Source: the human T2T-CHM13v2.0 reference genome, Homo sapiens
Assembly: GCF_009914755.1 (NCBI RefSeq)
Contig: NC_060930.1
Direction: 5' to 3' (one strand)
DNA length: 64,000 nt
The position numbers were made by a program, and so were the translations under genes. The notes under the pieces are model-generated. The model worked only from the letters and a program-made list of their open reading frames with translations, searched no databases and was not told the origin of the DNA. Positions 14,527-28,422 of this stretch are shown piece after piece (the stretch's first letter is position 1; the number at the start of each line of letters is the position of its first letter).

Positions 14527-15489
14527 TGATCAGTTTCTGATTTTTAATACATTTTAATTGAACAGAATTATCTATCATAGATTTAATACACATATTTTAC
14601 ATGCAATAAACACATTGTTAATTGTAAAGAAATAAATAAATAAGAGAATGCAAGTTAAGAAACCCAAAAAGAGAAAGAAAACTACTATAATTTCCACTGT
14701 TGAAAATTGGGATATATGTCTATGTTAATGAGTGTATTTGAACACAGTTTTAACAGATCTATAAAATACAATACATATTTTTTGTTCTCACTTACTTTTC
14801 ATCAGATAAAAGTGTCAAATATCTTTCTTTAGAAATAAAAGTACTTTTGCAGTATTATTAATGTTTGCACAGTATTACATCTTATGCAATTATTATTTAT
14901 TTAACTTACTAGACAGCTAAGTTACTTCCAGTTTTTCTCTATTATAAACAATTCTTCTCACACATTCTCAGAATTAAATATCTATCTGCCTTCTCTATTG
15001 ATTTTCATTAGACATATTTCCTTGCAAGTGCATAAAAAGTTGGTCGATGTAATTACTTGCTTCATCTAAATATTCTCAATTTTTAAAAACTTAGGTCACA
15101 AATTATAATCTTCTTTTCTTTAAAATTTTACCTTATGTATCTTTCCTATTCTGTATTGAATAGCTTATAATGTAAATGTATACCATAAGTAATTTGCTTA
15201 TGGAATTTAATTCAACAAATATTAGGACTGTGCTGGAGACATCTTTGGAAGATTACCCAATGATCCTTAATGCCTAAGAATCCATAATGGAAGTGAGAAA
15301 AGGATATAAAGAGCTGTGAAGTAGACTATTCATGCCATCAAGAAGGCCTAGATGGCTGCTGGAACTCTGGAAGCCTTCGCTGTTTGGGAGAATGAGAAAG
15401 TATTTCATGGAGCAGCAATTATGTGAAAAGCATGAGATTTCATATGCAACACAGAAGTCAATATATTATGAAGATAAATTACATATAGA

Positions 15490-15778
15490 GGCTGGGTGTG
15501 GTGGCTCATGCCTACAATCACAGCACTTTGGGAGGCTGAGGTGGATCACCTGAGGTCAGGAGTTGGAGTGCCAGCCTGGCCAACATGATGAAACTCCGTC
15601 TCTACTAAAAATACAAAAAATTAGACAGGCATGGTGGCAGAGGCCTGTAATTCCAGCTACTTGGGAGGCTGAGGCAGGAGAATCACTTGAACTCAGGAGA
15701 CAGTGGTGAGCCGAGATCACACCACTGCCCTCCAGCCTGGGCAACAACAGCAAAACTCCATCTTAAAAAAGAAAAAAA
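15490..15778 (+). mobile_element. AluS (Sx/Sq-like) with small deletions
   Basis: GGATCACCTGAGGTCAGGAGTT and GAGAATCACTTGAAC; strongly CpG-depleted. Confidence 0.9.
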
Positions 15779-16859
15779 TTACAGAAATTTTGACTCATTA
15801 CATATCTTCAAAAAATTTCAAATCCAAAACAATTTATTTTCATTTTACTAAGGTGATAGCAACTTGACCAAATAGAATATTTGTAATCAGAAGGAAAATT
15901 GCCTTTGAATTCCAGTGAGGCCCATTTCATTCACAAAGTACAGGGAAGAAATAGAGAATCTGAGAGCTTAATGAAACATTAATTGGCACTGCTCTCTAAT
16001 GTTTTCTCAGAAGAAACTGTGGTCTGTAGAGGCTATGTATGTCATCTAATCCCTAAGTCACACATGCTGGGATAGCTGCAGCAGCTCTAGAATCCAGGGA
16101 TCCAGACTCCAGCTTCGTGCTCTTTCCATCACTCCATGTGGCTTTCCCAAGGGCTGCTAAGCAAATTTTTGAACAATGAGGATTCCCAGTCCAACAGGTG
16201 CAGAAACATGAGAGGATCCTTCACCTGTCATATTGAGTTGATGAACCTTTTCCTGCAAATCTGTGAGGCTGTGGAGTCCATTCAACATTCAGTCACTCAA
16301 CAACTATGTACTGAGTGGCTATGATGTACCTGGCATTGTGCTAAACACTGGGGACCCAGTAGGGAACAAGCCAGACCTTTGGAAACATGCCTGTTCAGAT
16401 ATCGGTGTCTGCTGCTTGACTTGGGGAGGTGTAGGTGGGAGTAACCAGGTGTTGATCTGGCTCCTGGGAAAGTGGAGTTCAAATGTTCCATTGCAATCCA
16501 CAATGCTCCGTACAGAGCTCCACTTTGTACATCAATGATCTGGAAACTACATTAAAACATGCAAATGATATTCCCATACAAAGATAGAAAACCATGCCCT
16601 TCTGTTACCCATCTCTCTGCAGCCCACTATATCATCTCCCACTGTTTACACTCACTCTGACTCTTTGTCTGAGACAAGCAGTTCTTCCAGTGATAGGTTG
16701 TTCACTTGGCTCTGGCCTTTACACTATCAGCTGTGGTCAGTGACTTTATCCTGTTTTCTCAGTCCTTTAACATACCTGAGATAAAATCTTTTCATAAAAT
16801 TGAGGAAGCTGCATAGAATATGAGAGCAGAGGGGATCTGAAAGATTGCTTGGTTCAAAT

Positions 16860-16990
16860 GCCTCTTTTGACAAATGAAAAAACTGAGGCTGAGAAAGGGG
16901 AAGTGACTCATTTAGGATCACACAGTTGGATCTAGAGGCATTGAAACCAGAGTCCAGGGCCTCTCACTCTAGTGCATGCTCATTTATACC
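16860..16990 (-). mobile_element. MIR
   Basis: MIR core TTTTGACAAATGAAAAAACTGAGGCTGAGAAAGGGGAAGTGACT...ATCACACAG. Confidence 0.75.
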
Positions 16991-17249
16991 ACACTCTTAC
17001 TCTAAAAAGGGCTTGTCTTACATCTAATCTATAGCCTCAGGTTGAGGTTTTTATTTACTCCTGGTATTTATTTACTCTTTCTCTGGGCTCTAATTAAGAT
17101 AACAGCCTCATTAATCTAAAAAATAAAAATAGATCCATATAAACAGTAATAAATAGACACAGTGGAGCATGAACACTTTGTACAAAAAGATTCTCAACTC
17201 AAGAAATGTGCTTCTCCTACTGCACTGGCTGCCCCATGTCAGTTTCCTT

Positions 17250-18322
17250 TTCCTATCTTCTTTATCTCCATGAGCGAGCTCCTAACATTGGAAACTTGGT
17301 AACTTGGCCCCTGCCTCTTCCTTTCTCTTCTCTGTTCATACCTGTCCCCCTATCATCTCATCCCATCTTGTGCTTTTAAATGCTGTCTACACAGACAACT
17401 CCCAAACGTATGTCTGTAGTTCCAGCCTCTCCTCTGAACTCCAAATTCCCTACTCACCATCTTCATATAACTAGAATGTATCTGAAACCCATCGTATTCC
17501 AATCAAAATTCTGTTCTTTTCTCCCAAACCTTAGGCTCATCGTTAAGTCCGTCCTCTCATCCTCCACCTCTAACCCATCAACAAATCCTGCTGACTCTGC
17601 TTTCAAAACACATCCAGAATCTGCCTACTGATCCTCCTCCTCTGCTACCACTCAGGCCCAAGTTCCCATCATCTCTCATCTAGATTATTGCAAAAGTCTC
17701 TTTATTGGTTCCCCCACTTTTTCTCTTGACCTCTCAAGTCTGTTCACAACAGAGTAGTCAGTGATATTGCTTGATGTATGTCCAATTGTGTCACTTTTCT
17801 GCTTTTTATGCCTTCCTATCCCACTATGAGAGGAAGCCAGAGTTATCACAATAGCCAGAAAGTCTCCATTTCCTCTTTGACCTCATCTCCTACTCTTGTT
17901 TGCTGTCTTCCCCAATCTCTTTGCTCTTCTTTGAACATGCCAGACCATCTCCTGTCTCAGGCCCTTTGCACTTGCTGTTCTGCTGCTTGAAATGCTTGTC
18001 TGTCATATTTATGTGATTGTCTTACCTCCTTAAGTCTTGGCTCCAGTAACCTCTCCTTAATGTCTTTCCTGATCTCCCTATTTAAAACTCCCCCAGCCCC
18101 CAAAACTCCCCACATCATTTTACTGCCTTATCTTATTTTTTTCTGTAGTACTAACCACCAACTGAAAGTCTATATATTTTACTACACATTATGTTAATTT
18201 TCTGTCTCCACCCACTAGAATGAAGGTTATGCAAGAACAGGGACTTTTTGTGTCCACATTGTTCATTGTGTGTCCTTACCATCTTGAAAATCAGTTGCTT
18301 AGAAATATTTGCTGAGTAAATA
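17250..18322 (+). mobile_element. L2 3' portion
   Basis: C/T-rich L2 motifs (CCAGCCTCTCCTCTGAACTCCA; CATCATCTCTCATCTAGATTATTGCAA; GGCCCTTTGCACTTGCTGTT) ending in AAATATTTGCTGAGTAAATAA. Confidence 0.75.
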
Positions 18323-18784
18323 ACTAATATTCCATAATTTTTATATCAGTATCTTATACTAAAGCAATTCTAAAATTAAGATATCAAATAAAAGTGAAAA
18401 ACAACTGGAACAATTTTCAATCCCATGAGCCTTCCTCATGCTTGAGATCTGGTTTGAAGATTTCAAACCAGATGCCAGTAATAGTGGCCACTACATAGTG
18501 ACTAGATAATATATTGACACCAGAGACTACTGGTGTCAAAAACTTAGACTAGGCATGCCTGCAACCAGAAAAAAAATCACAGATTCAAGTGCAGTTTCTC
18601 CCTGGACTAAAAGTAAGGGAAATTGGTAAAAGAAATTTACATAATGCCAGAAAATGTTTTCCTGAAGAAAACAATGAAAAATGTAAGTATTATGTTTCAA
18701 TCAAACTTTAACCCTGCATGTTTGGGTCGACTTTTTACAATTTCTTAGTGAATTTGGTTTACTGAAGGGGGACTCTGCTGGCCA

Positions 18785-18910
18785 GAAAGAATGCAGTTTC
18801 CCAACAGATTCTGGACTTCTGGCCTCCAGAACTGTGAGAGAATAAATTTCTGTTGTTTTAAGCCACCCAGTTTATGGTACTTTGTTACAGCAGTTCTGGG
18901 AAATGAAGAC
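18785..18910 (+). mobile_element. MLT1 LTR 3' fragment
   Basis: GGACTTCTGGCCTCCAGAACTGTGAGAGAATAAATTTCTGTTGTTTTAAGCCACCCAGTTT. Confidence 0.85.
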
Positions 18911-18914
18911 ACCC

Positions 18915-19530
18915 CACCACAGGCTACTCGACAAGGCAGCCAGAGGAGTTCCTTTAAAATATGAGGCAGATCATCCTGCTCATGCACCCAAAAATCTCTG
19001 ATGGCCCAGAAGTCCAGAAGATCCTCCAGGATTGACTTCTGCTATTGCTGTGACCTCCTATCTGCTATTGCTATTGCCTACTATCTCCAGTCACAGTGGC
19101 CTCCTTGCTGCTCCTCCAACACCCCAAGCATGCTCTTGCTTTAGGACATTTACCCTGGCTATTCCCCTGCGTAGAACATTCCTTTCCCAGATTTATGCAT
19201 GACTAGTGCTTCACCCGTTCAATTAAGTCTGTTTACATGCTAACTTCTCAATAAGACCTAACAGGGCTACCTTATTTAAAACTGCAAATCTCCACCACCA
19301 GTCCTGAAGCTCTGGATCCCCCTTATCTTGCTCTCCTTTTTCTCTCTCTAAATAGCACCTATTCCCTTCTAGAGTATCATACAATTTATGTTTATTTTAT
19401 ATTGCCCATCTCCTCTCACTGGAAAGTAAGGTTCATAGGAAAGGAGATCTTTACTTGTTAAATGACATATCCCCAAAAAGGTGTTTGGCACATCACAGGT
19501 GTTAAATCAAGATTTTTAGGATGAATGAAC
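18915..19530 (+). mobile_element. L2 3' portion
   Basis: CTCCAGTCACAGTGGCCTCCTTGCTG..., ending in GATGAATGAA. Confidence 0.7.
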
Positions 19531-20168
19531 AGGAAAAGACAACATGACACAACAGATGGGAAGCTGTGCCAACATCTGATCTCTGCTATTCTTGCCTCAT
19601 TTTTTATTTGGATGATTGAGTAATCAATAGTTAGAAACTGCCTTGATAGTCTCAGCTAAAAAATAATAACCCTCACATTCTCATTTTAAATAGTCATGCA
19701 TATAATATTACGTGTGGTGTGTTTTTCATCAAAAACTTTCAGCAAAAGTGAATTTACAGCAAAGGCCCAAAAAGAGTAAACTCCAGCTGCTACTGCTTCC
19801 AAAGTATTCTTGTTGAAAAACAAACTGTTTAAAGCAATTATTAAGTGCTTCAAAGGCTCTAGTAATGTTCCAAATATGCAAGCAGCAAACTCCTTTCTAT
19901 TGTAGCAGAATGGGCTCAACAATGTCCTCTGTAATTTCTATATTTAGAAATTACTAAATATCTTAAGGATGCAGATTACAAGTTCTAGGAAATTAGCATC
20001 CATGAAATCATCGTAGGCTAAAACACTTAATTCTTTGAACCTAAATCCAAATTGTAAACTACCCAAGGGAAAAAATGATATCATGTATCTGCTACTTAGA
20101 TCATTTTTCTATCTGCCATCAAATGCAGATAGAAATTAGGAGATAGAAATGCAGATAGAATTAGGAGA

Positions 20169-20230
20169 GTGTGTGTGCGTGTGTGTGTGTGTGTGTGTGT
20201 GCAGCGCGCTTGCACATGACACACACACAC
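20169..20230. repeat. (TG)n followed by (CA)n purine-pyrimidine tract
   Basis: Directly visible. Confidence 0.9.
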
Positions 20231-20423
20231 TTTCATTCCAAAAGCAATATTAGTTTGAAAATATTAATACATATTAATAAAAATGTGAAAACAGCAGCTG
20301 TGTGATTTTTAGATAAACTGTGGACAGTTTTTATTATTGAGAGTTGCATAGATGATCAAACGAAAACACAGCCAAACAAAATGCAAGCAGGCTAAAAAAG
20401 GAAGTTAAAGAATTTGAGTTTTT

Positions 20424-21560
20424 CAAGATGGATTATATACTTAAACGTAGGACCTAAAACCATAAAAATCCTAAAAGAAAACCTAGGCAATACCATTCAC
20501 GACATAGGCATGAGCAAATACTTCATGTCTAAAATACCAAAAGTAATGGCAACAAAAGCCAAAATTGACAAATGGGATCTAATTAAACTAAAGAGCTTCT
20601 ACACAGCAAAAGAAGCTACCCTCAGAGTGAACAGGCAACATACAGAATGGGAGAAAATTTTTGCAATCTATCTGTCTAACAAAGGGCTTAAACAAATTTA
20701 CATGAAAAAACAACTCTGTCAAAAAGTGGGCAAAGGATATGAACAGACACTTCTCAAAAGAAGACGTTTATGTAGCTAACAAATATATGAAAAAATGCTC
20801 ATCATCACTGGTCATTAGAGAAATGCAAATCAAAACCACAATGAGATACCATCTCATGCCAGTTAGAATGGTGATCACTAAAAAGTCAGGAAACAACAGA
20901 TGCTGGAAAGGATGTGGAGAAATAGGAACACTTTTACACTATTGGTGGGAGTGTAAATTAGTTCAACCATTGTGGAAGACACTGGCGATTCCTCAAGGAT
21001 CTAGAACTAGAAATGCCATTTGATCCAGCAATCCCATTACTGGGTATATACCCAAAGGATTATAAATCATTCTACTATAAAGACACATGCACACATATAT
21101 TTATTGTGGTACTATTCACAATAGCAAAGATTTGGAACCAACCCAAATGTCCATCAATGAGAGACAGGATAAAGAAAATGTGGCACATATACACCATGGA
21201 ATACTATGCAGCCATAAAAAAGGATGAGTTCATGTCCTTTGCAGGGATGTGGATTAATCTGGAAACCATCATTCTCAGTAAACTAACACAAAAACAGAAA
21301 ACCAAACACCGCATGTTCTCACTCATAAATGGGAGTTGAACAATGAGAACACATGGACACAAGGAGGGAAACATCACACACCAGGGCCTGTCAGGGGGTG
21401 GGGGACTAGGGGAGGGATAGCATTAGGAGAAATACCTAATGTGAGTGACAGGTTGATGGGTGCAGCAAACCACCATGGCACGTGTTTACCTATGTAACTA
21501 AACTGCACATTCTGCACATGTACCCCAGAACTTAAAGTATAACAAAAAAATAAATAAATA
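20424..21560 (+). mobile_element. 5'-truncated L1PA (about L1PA7), degenerate ORF2 C-terminus plus 3' UTR
   Basis: ORF2 peptides ([15 protein letters not shown]; [14 protein letters not shown]; MWHIYTMEYYAAIKK) split by frameshifts; 17-bp TSD AAAGAATTTGAGTTTTT at 20407-20423 / 21561-21577. Confidence 0.95.
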
Positions 21561-22656
21561 AAAGAATTTGAGTTTTTTTAATTATTATAAATTATTATTA
21601 TCTTGCCTGGTTGTGAAAAGAGGTGCTTTGGTTAATAAAGAGTTATATATGATCCACACATGAATTAGCAATATAGACCATAACAAAATAGGCTTAATAC
21701 TGAGTACTCTAAAAAGAACATGACCTTTCTTTGATGAGTCAGTTAAGGCTTCTTCAAGTTATTTCTGGTCCTTATGGTCACCATAGTTAGCAGGAATTAT
21801 CACTTTACTATAATTACATGCAAGTGCAAACTAATAGAATTCTGATAAATAACAGAAAATATATTGTAGATGAAATTCAGGTTTATCCAGAGAGATACTT
21901 ACCTTTTGATATAGTCCTTCTAAGTTTTGTTAACAGCAAGGCTTGGAGTCCTTAAAGTGCCTGTCTAAATTCAACCCCAGAATGAGTGTTGATATAATTC
22001 TCTGTGGCACTTGGCTCCTAAACCTCTCCCATACACTTGCTGGTGTTATTAGAGGAGGCAGCAATTGGAAACACATTCCCTCACAGCCAAAATGCTTCCC
22101 ATCTGAGAAGTTGTTGGAGATCCACTTCAGTGGCAAAGGGCATGAAAACTAATGGGTGTTAAAAACAAACCAAGCAGGATAGAAACAAATGTACTATGAG
22201 AATGAACATATTCTACAAATATCAAAATTTGAATAGGTGCACAAAAAACAACCACTTTGGGTCCCAACTATTGAGCATGTCATTCTCCTTCTCTTGAAGG
22301 TCACTCACTATCACTTGTGTGCTCAATCTCTTGGAACAGCCTCCTTGTTAGTAATAAGTGATTGTCCACGTTAATAAGTGGTAAGTACAGCAAAATCTAT
22401 GGTCTGTGATGCCATATAATGCATACATATCCCACTTAGGTGAGGACTACACTTATGCCATGTTAGCCAGATGAACTCCATTTTTAAAGACATCTCTGGG
22501 TTTGGCAAATCAATATCTACTGCAAGAAAAAAAAAAGGTCTATGGGAGCAAAGACTATTTCATTCACTGCTATATCCCACCCCCTAGAATAATGCCTTGC
22601 ATGTGGTAAGCCACTAGATAAATATTGGCTGAATGAATGGGTAGTCTTTTCTACTG

Positions 22657-22718
22657 TAAACGCCTCTAAATAGTAAGAAGTTTGACCTAAACGCCTCTAA
22701 ATAGTAAGAAGTTTGACC
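22657..22718. repeat. Perfect 31-bp tandem duplication
   Basis: TAAACGCCTCTAAATAGTAAGAAGTTTGACC occurs twice, head to tail. Confidence 0.95.
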
Positions 22719-23683
22719 TTATATCACAAAGAAACTCCTCTAGTATCCAGTTAGCTCCAATATGCCTTTTACTATGTCAGTGCTTTGAAGGCAGTGGTTC
22801 TAAAAATTTCATGTTGGTTGCACACTACTTGGGTTTTTTTTTTTTTCCAAGGAAATAGTTCTGATAAAGTCATGAACAGTAGGGTCTGCTTTGGGGACTA
22901 AAGGAACAGGGAAAGTCTTAATACAAATGTGCAAACTGTAATGGCAAAATTCCAGAATGACAAAATGTGGAAGAGAATTTGGGCAGGTTACCCTTCCAGT
23001 GGCCCTTCGATTATATATAAAAATGATCCTGTTGGCCCCATTCCTCTGCACAAATTGTTTTGTGTTTTCTCTATATCTTGCCCCAAAGAGGTTCCTCTTC
23101 ATTTCATCTGTGGTACGAACTGTCATTAGAACTCATTTAAGCTGTCACAACACTATCATAATGGTTCTACCTACCTCTAACCTTTCCTCCTTCCACTTTA
23201 CTTCTTATGATTCTGTCTTTTAAAACCTCTCAGTTCATGTTCCCAATTTAATGAAGTTCAAACACCTTGGCAAGACGCCAAGAAAACCTTCACAAACATG
23301 CCTAAGCATAGGCTTATTTAATGGCATTCTTTTCTATCCCAATTCTATGACTCATATATGGATATATCATATGTATCATATGTATATATTACCTACTATA
23401 TATTATATGTGTGTGTTTCTTACTTCATCTCCCTCTATTTCCCATGCACTTTCCAGCCTCCCCATTTTTGCTCATGCAGTTTCTTCTGTCTATAATGCTT
23501 TCCACATCTGGTCTACCTAGAACACTCAAGAGTTCAAATGTCATATCTTCCCTGGATACCGCACCACCCATCATGCCCAACCTGAATCTCCCCACAACTG
23601 AATACAGAAACTCTTAGAGGTAATTTGGCAAAGCTGTCTGATCCTTCATCTGTGTTCCCAGAGCACTTTCATGATACCTCTAA

Positions 23684-24106
23684 TGTGGTAGATTGTCTCC
23701 AAAGATGGCCACCAATGATGGTCCCCATCCCCATATGCACATGCCACTCCACTAGTTTATTTCCTACTCCTTCAATCTTGGCTGGCCTTGTGACTTGAAT
23801 GGAATCCAGTGGAAGTAACCCTGTGTCAGTTATGAAGCCTTAATAAAAGCCAGACACCTCACAAAGAAGCTTGGGAACAGGCTACTATATGACAACAGAC
23901 CATTTGGAGAACCACGGAGCTCCTAGACATTCCCAAACATGAGTGACACCATCTTGGGCATTCCAAGTTTCTAGCTGAATACAGCCATGTGAACAACCCC
24001 ATTCAATGCCATGTGGCAAAGAACTGTCCAGCTAATAAGTGATAATTGTTGTTTCAAGGGATCAGGCTGTGGGATGGGTTATTTCCCAGTAATATATAAC
24101 TGAAAT
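23684..24106 (+). mobile_element. MLT1H-like LTR
   Basis: Starts TGTGGTAGATTG..CAAAGATGGCC and ends TAACTGAAATA. Confidence 0.7.
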
Positions 24107-24152
24107 ATTTAACAGAATATATTATAGTTACACGTTCACAGGTCTAATTCCT

Positions 24153-24724
24153 TATGGTAGATTGGATTTTCCAAAGATTACTGCACCAACACCTCCCATG
24201 CCACATGCCCTTTTGCTGTGTGTCCTTGCCATCCCACCTTCAAGAAATGGAGTCCAATTCCTTTCTCCTAGAACTTGAAGTGGCCACAGTGAAGAAGTAG
24301 CACTGCATGACTTCCAAGTTTAGTTCTTTTGGCTTCTACCTTGTTCTCTTGGATGTTCCATCTCAGGTACTCCTGTTTGGAACCTCGTCACCATGCTAGA
24401 AGAAACTGAAGCTGCATGGAGTGGTCACATGTATATGCTCGAGTCAACAGCCCCAGCCAAGCCCAGCTGATTATCCCAATCCAGGCACCAGACATGGGAG
24501 TTAAAAAATCTCCAGATGATTCTGCCCCCAACCACTCAAATGTCTCCAAGCCCACTGGGGTCTTCTTAGTGGAGCCTCTAGACTTGTGAAACAGAGAGAA
24601 GACAACTCCACTGAGCTCTGTCCAAACCCCTGAAACACAGAATCTAAGAGCAAGATAAAGTGATTGTTATTTTATGTCACAAAGTCTGGAGTAGTTCTTT
24701 ACTGAACAATAGGTGGCTGGAACA
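24153..24724 (+). mobile_element. MLT1G-like LTR
   Basis: Starts TATGGTAGATTG..TTCCAAAGAT, contains CCAGATGATTCTGCCCCC and ends CTGGAACA. Confidence 0.7.
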
Positions 24725-25984
24725 GTTCCCAACCAAACTGTGGGCTTCTGAAAGGTAGGAAAGCTTTAGTCATCATTGTATCACTCATTGTATTAGTTTA
24801 TAGCAAGATACCTGGGGAAGGAGGAAGGCACGCACCAAATATCTGTTGTAACTGAAAGACCGAATGTCTGCTGTCTTTTTTTGTAGATGTGTTCAACTAT
24901 ATGAAGTGTTGGAAACCTACATATTAGGACTGGAAACAGTATGGGAAAAATATTTGTGGGCCAGGTTTATCAAACTATGTTTTTAGGATTCTGACAAAAT
25001 GGCTCTTTATTTTCCTTTTTTCATTGTATAAAATTCTATGGAAGAAATTGGCACAAGCAAACAGAAGTGGAACAAAATAGAGGAAAGTATTCAGTAAAAA
25101 GGAAAATCAATGCAATTCAGTTAAATACAGGTCATTTGTTCCCTTTTCCAATCAAACTGTTTATCCTGTGTTCCTCTGTTCCATTTTACATAAGGGAAAA
25201 AATTTCTAAATGTACTGTGAGCCCACAGTTTTCCTTTCTCCTACCAAATCAAAATTCAATACCAAAATGCTGCTCAACATAATTATTTAATTGCCTTGGT
25301 TCCATAAAATGTCTGTAACATTGAAAAGTTCTTCTTTAAGAAGTATGTTAAAGCCCTAATATGTGGTTACTGGCTTTCCCCTGGTAGCACGCTAATTTCT
25401 CCCCTATACAGCTTTGTTAGAGAATGAGGGACTCAAAATAAGTGAATTATCTAGATAGCTTCTCCTTCTTCAGAGGACTTTACTTAGAAAGCCCATAAAT
25501 TCTCCTACCAGGAATTAGTCACCCTGCTGTACCTTGAACTAAAGGAATAAGGCCTGATCAACAAATCATGGGTATAGAAGCTGCCAATCTTAAATTGTGT
25601 AAAAGTGAGTGGCTGTAGCCCCAAACCCTGAGACTCCCTGGAGCAAACCCAGTGACTAAGAATTCCTCTATGGAAAGGAGTGAGTATGAAGCAAAACCCA
25701 CATTCAGAAACCCTCCTGGGCTTTAACATTATTGGTTTACAGATACTTGGATTGTGGAAAACTGGTTCCATCAGCTCAAGGCTGCAGTTTCCTTTTACTT
25801 TTTGGAAGCCTAACAATGGAAGTGGCAAAGCTTTCCAGCCAGTGATCCAGATAACAGCAAAGGTGCCCTCTCTGAGTTCCCTGACATATACAGAAGGATC
25901 CTGCCCTGTGCAGATTTGATGTGTTTCTATTTTCGCCATGATTCACTTGCTGACACCATTAAATGTTTAATTCCCAACTTAATT

Positions 25985-26900
25985 CGTGTATTCATTCACA
26001 CATTAATCTGTGCAGCATTTATTAAGTACTCTATGTGTCAGACCCAGATTAGATGCTGAGAACAGAAAGATAATCAAGACAAATCCTCCCATTTTAGGGA
26101 ACTCAGAGTCTAGTGAGGGAGAGAATCAAATAAATAATTGACTGGAATATAACAGGGGATGACAAACTGCAGCCTGTGGGCTAAATTATGAATGCTGCCT
26201 GTTTTTATATGTAAAAATTTCATAGACACTGTCATTTGCTTACATATTGTCTATGGCTGCTTTTAAATTACAAATGCAGATCTAAGTTGTTGCATCAAAG
26301 ACCCTGTGGCCTACAATGCCAAAAATATTTGCTATCTGACCCTTTACAGAAAAAGTTGCTGACTGTTACAATGTGGTGTGATGAGAAGAAAAAGAGGTAT
26401 GTCCATAGTCAACAGCCCACAGAGGAAAGGATGAGCTCCAAGGAACACTCTCACAGAGCAGGAAGTACTTAAGCCGTGCACTGAGTGAGCAGAGGACCAG
26501 TCAGATAGCAGTAAAGCCAAAAGGACATCAGGAAAAGGTTGGAGGTGAGAAATCAATAGGGCCCTCCTGAGGATGGCTAGGTAATGGAGGAGTGGAAGAA
26601 CAAAGGTGTGGTGGGAAATAAGGCCAGGAGGGAGAAAGGGCAGGTCTCAGTAGGCCATGATAGGCCATGCTGAATTCTTTTATGTCAGCAGTGGAAATTC
26701 ATCATGGGGTTTTAAGAAGAAGAGGCCACGGATAGAAAATAGATGGAAAAGACACTAGTATAAAATCCAATTCCGATTCTATTGCAATGATCTAAGCAAG
26801 AGATAATGACAGGGGGGAAAAAAAAAGCAGTGGTAGTGGGAACTGAGAGGAGGAGTAAAAGATCTTAAGGGAACTGAATTAGCCAACATACAAGCTTTGT
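25985..26900 (-). mobile_element. L2 fragment interrupted by MER58A
   Basis: ATTCATTCA..CATTTATTAAGTACTCTATGTGTCAG antisense L2 terminus; purine-rich L2 sequence resumes after ~26370. Confidence 0.6.
26153..26365 (+). mobile_element. MER58A (hAT-Charlie MITE)
   Basis: CAGGGGATGACAAACT...TTACATATTGTCTATGGCTGCTTT...CTATCTGACCCTTTACAGAAAAAGTTGCTGAC. Confidence 0.85.
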
Positions 26901-27199
26901 CATGCATATGCAGTGAACACTCCATGTGACATAACAACTTCCAGGGGCCAGAGCAGGTAAGACTATTCTGGTCAAATTCCTGAAAGACAGGCAAAGACCA
27001 TCACTTACCTGTGGGGTTCAAATAAAATAATCTTTAATAATTGTAACTAAACATTGTTCAATGGCACTTGGCAAAATGAGCCGACCAGGTGGCTTTACTG
27101 TCAGTCAAAGGGTTACCTTTACTAATTGTTTGATCACTTGCTCCTTCTTGCATTTCACTCTGAGACTAGCCTCACAAAGAGGCAGGCAGGTGCTAGGAG

Positions 27200-27440
27200 G
27201 CAACCAGCATGGCCTTTGTATCGTGACTTGGTTGCAAGTCACGACACACTCACTTAACAGCTCTGTATCTTTGGGCAAGTTATTTAGCCTTTTTAAATCT
27301 CAGGATCTTCATCTACAAAATGAAAATAAGAATAGCCAATAGGTATCCTTAGGTATTGGTATAATAATTAGGTAGGATAACAAAAGCAAAGTGCTTAGCA
27401 CAGGCCTGACACAGAGGGTCAAGAAACATCAGCTACCATT
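27200..27440 (+). mobile_element. MIR
   Basis: TTGGGCAAGTTATTTAGCCT..TCTCAG..CTTCATCTACAAAATG core, then AAAGTGCTTAGCACAG. Confidence 0.75.
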
Positions 27441-27684
27441 AAGTGAGCAGAGGAATCCCTCAGATCTTAACCAAACAGAGAAACCTCATCCCATCCTCAC
27501 CAAATAGATAAAATCCCATTTCTGTGAGCACCTAACATGACTGTGATTGTATAATTTAGTAAATAAGTTGTTTGATGTCTGTTTTCCCAAATAGAGTGAA
27601 GGTTCTACTATATCACAGACCATGTCTCTTTGTTCAGTGCTGCACCCAGGGTCAGCACTGAACCAGGTATAAAGCAAATTTTTC

Positions 27685-28422
<738 letters not shown>

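Noticed and set aside
20414-21339. Three L1 ORF2-like ORFs as a functional gene
   Set aside because: They are frameshifted pieces of a 1.1-kb 5'-truncated L1 with no promoter or RT.
22657-22718. CRISPR-like repeat
   Set aside because: Only two adjacent units with no spacer, in a eukaryotic context with no cas genes.
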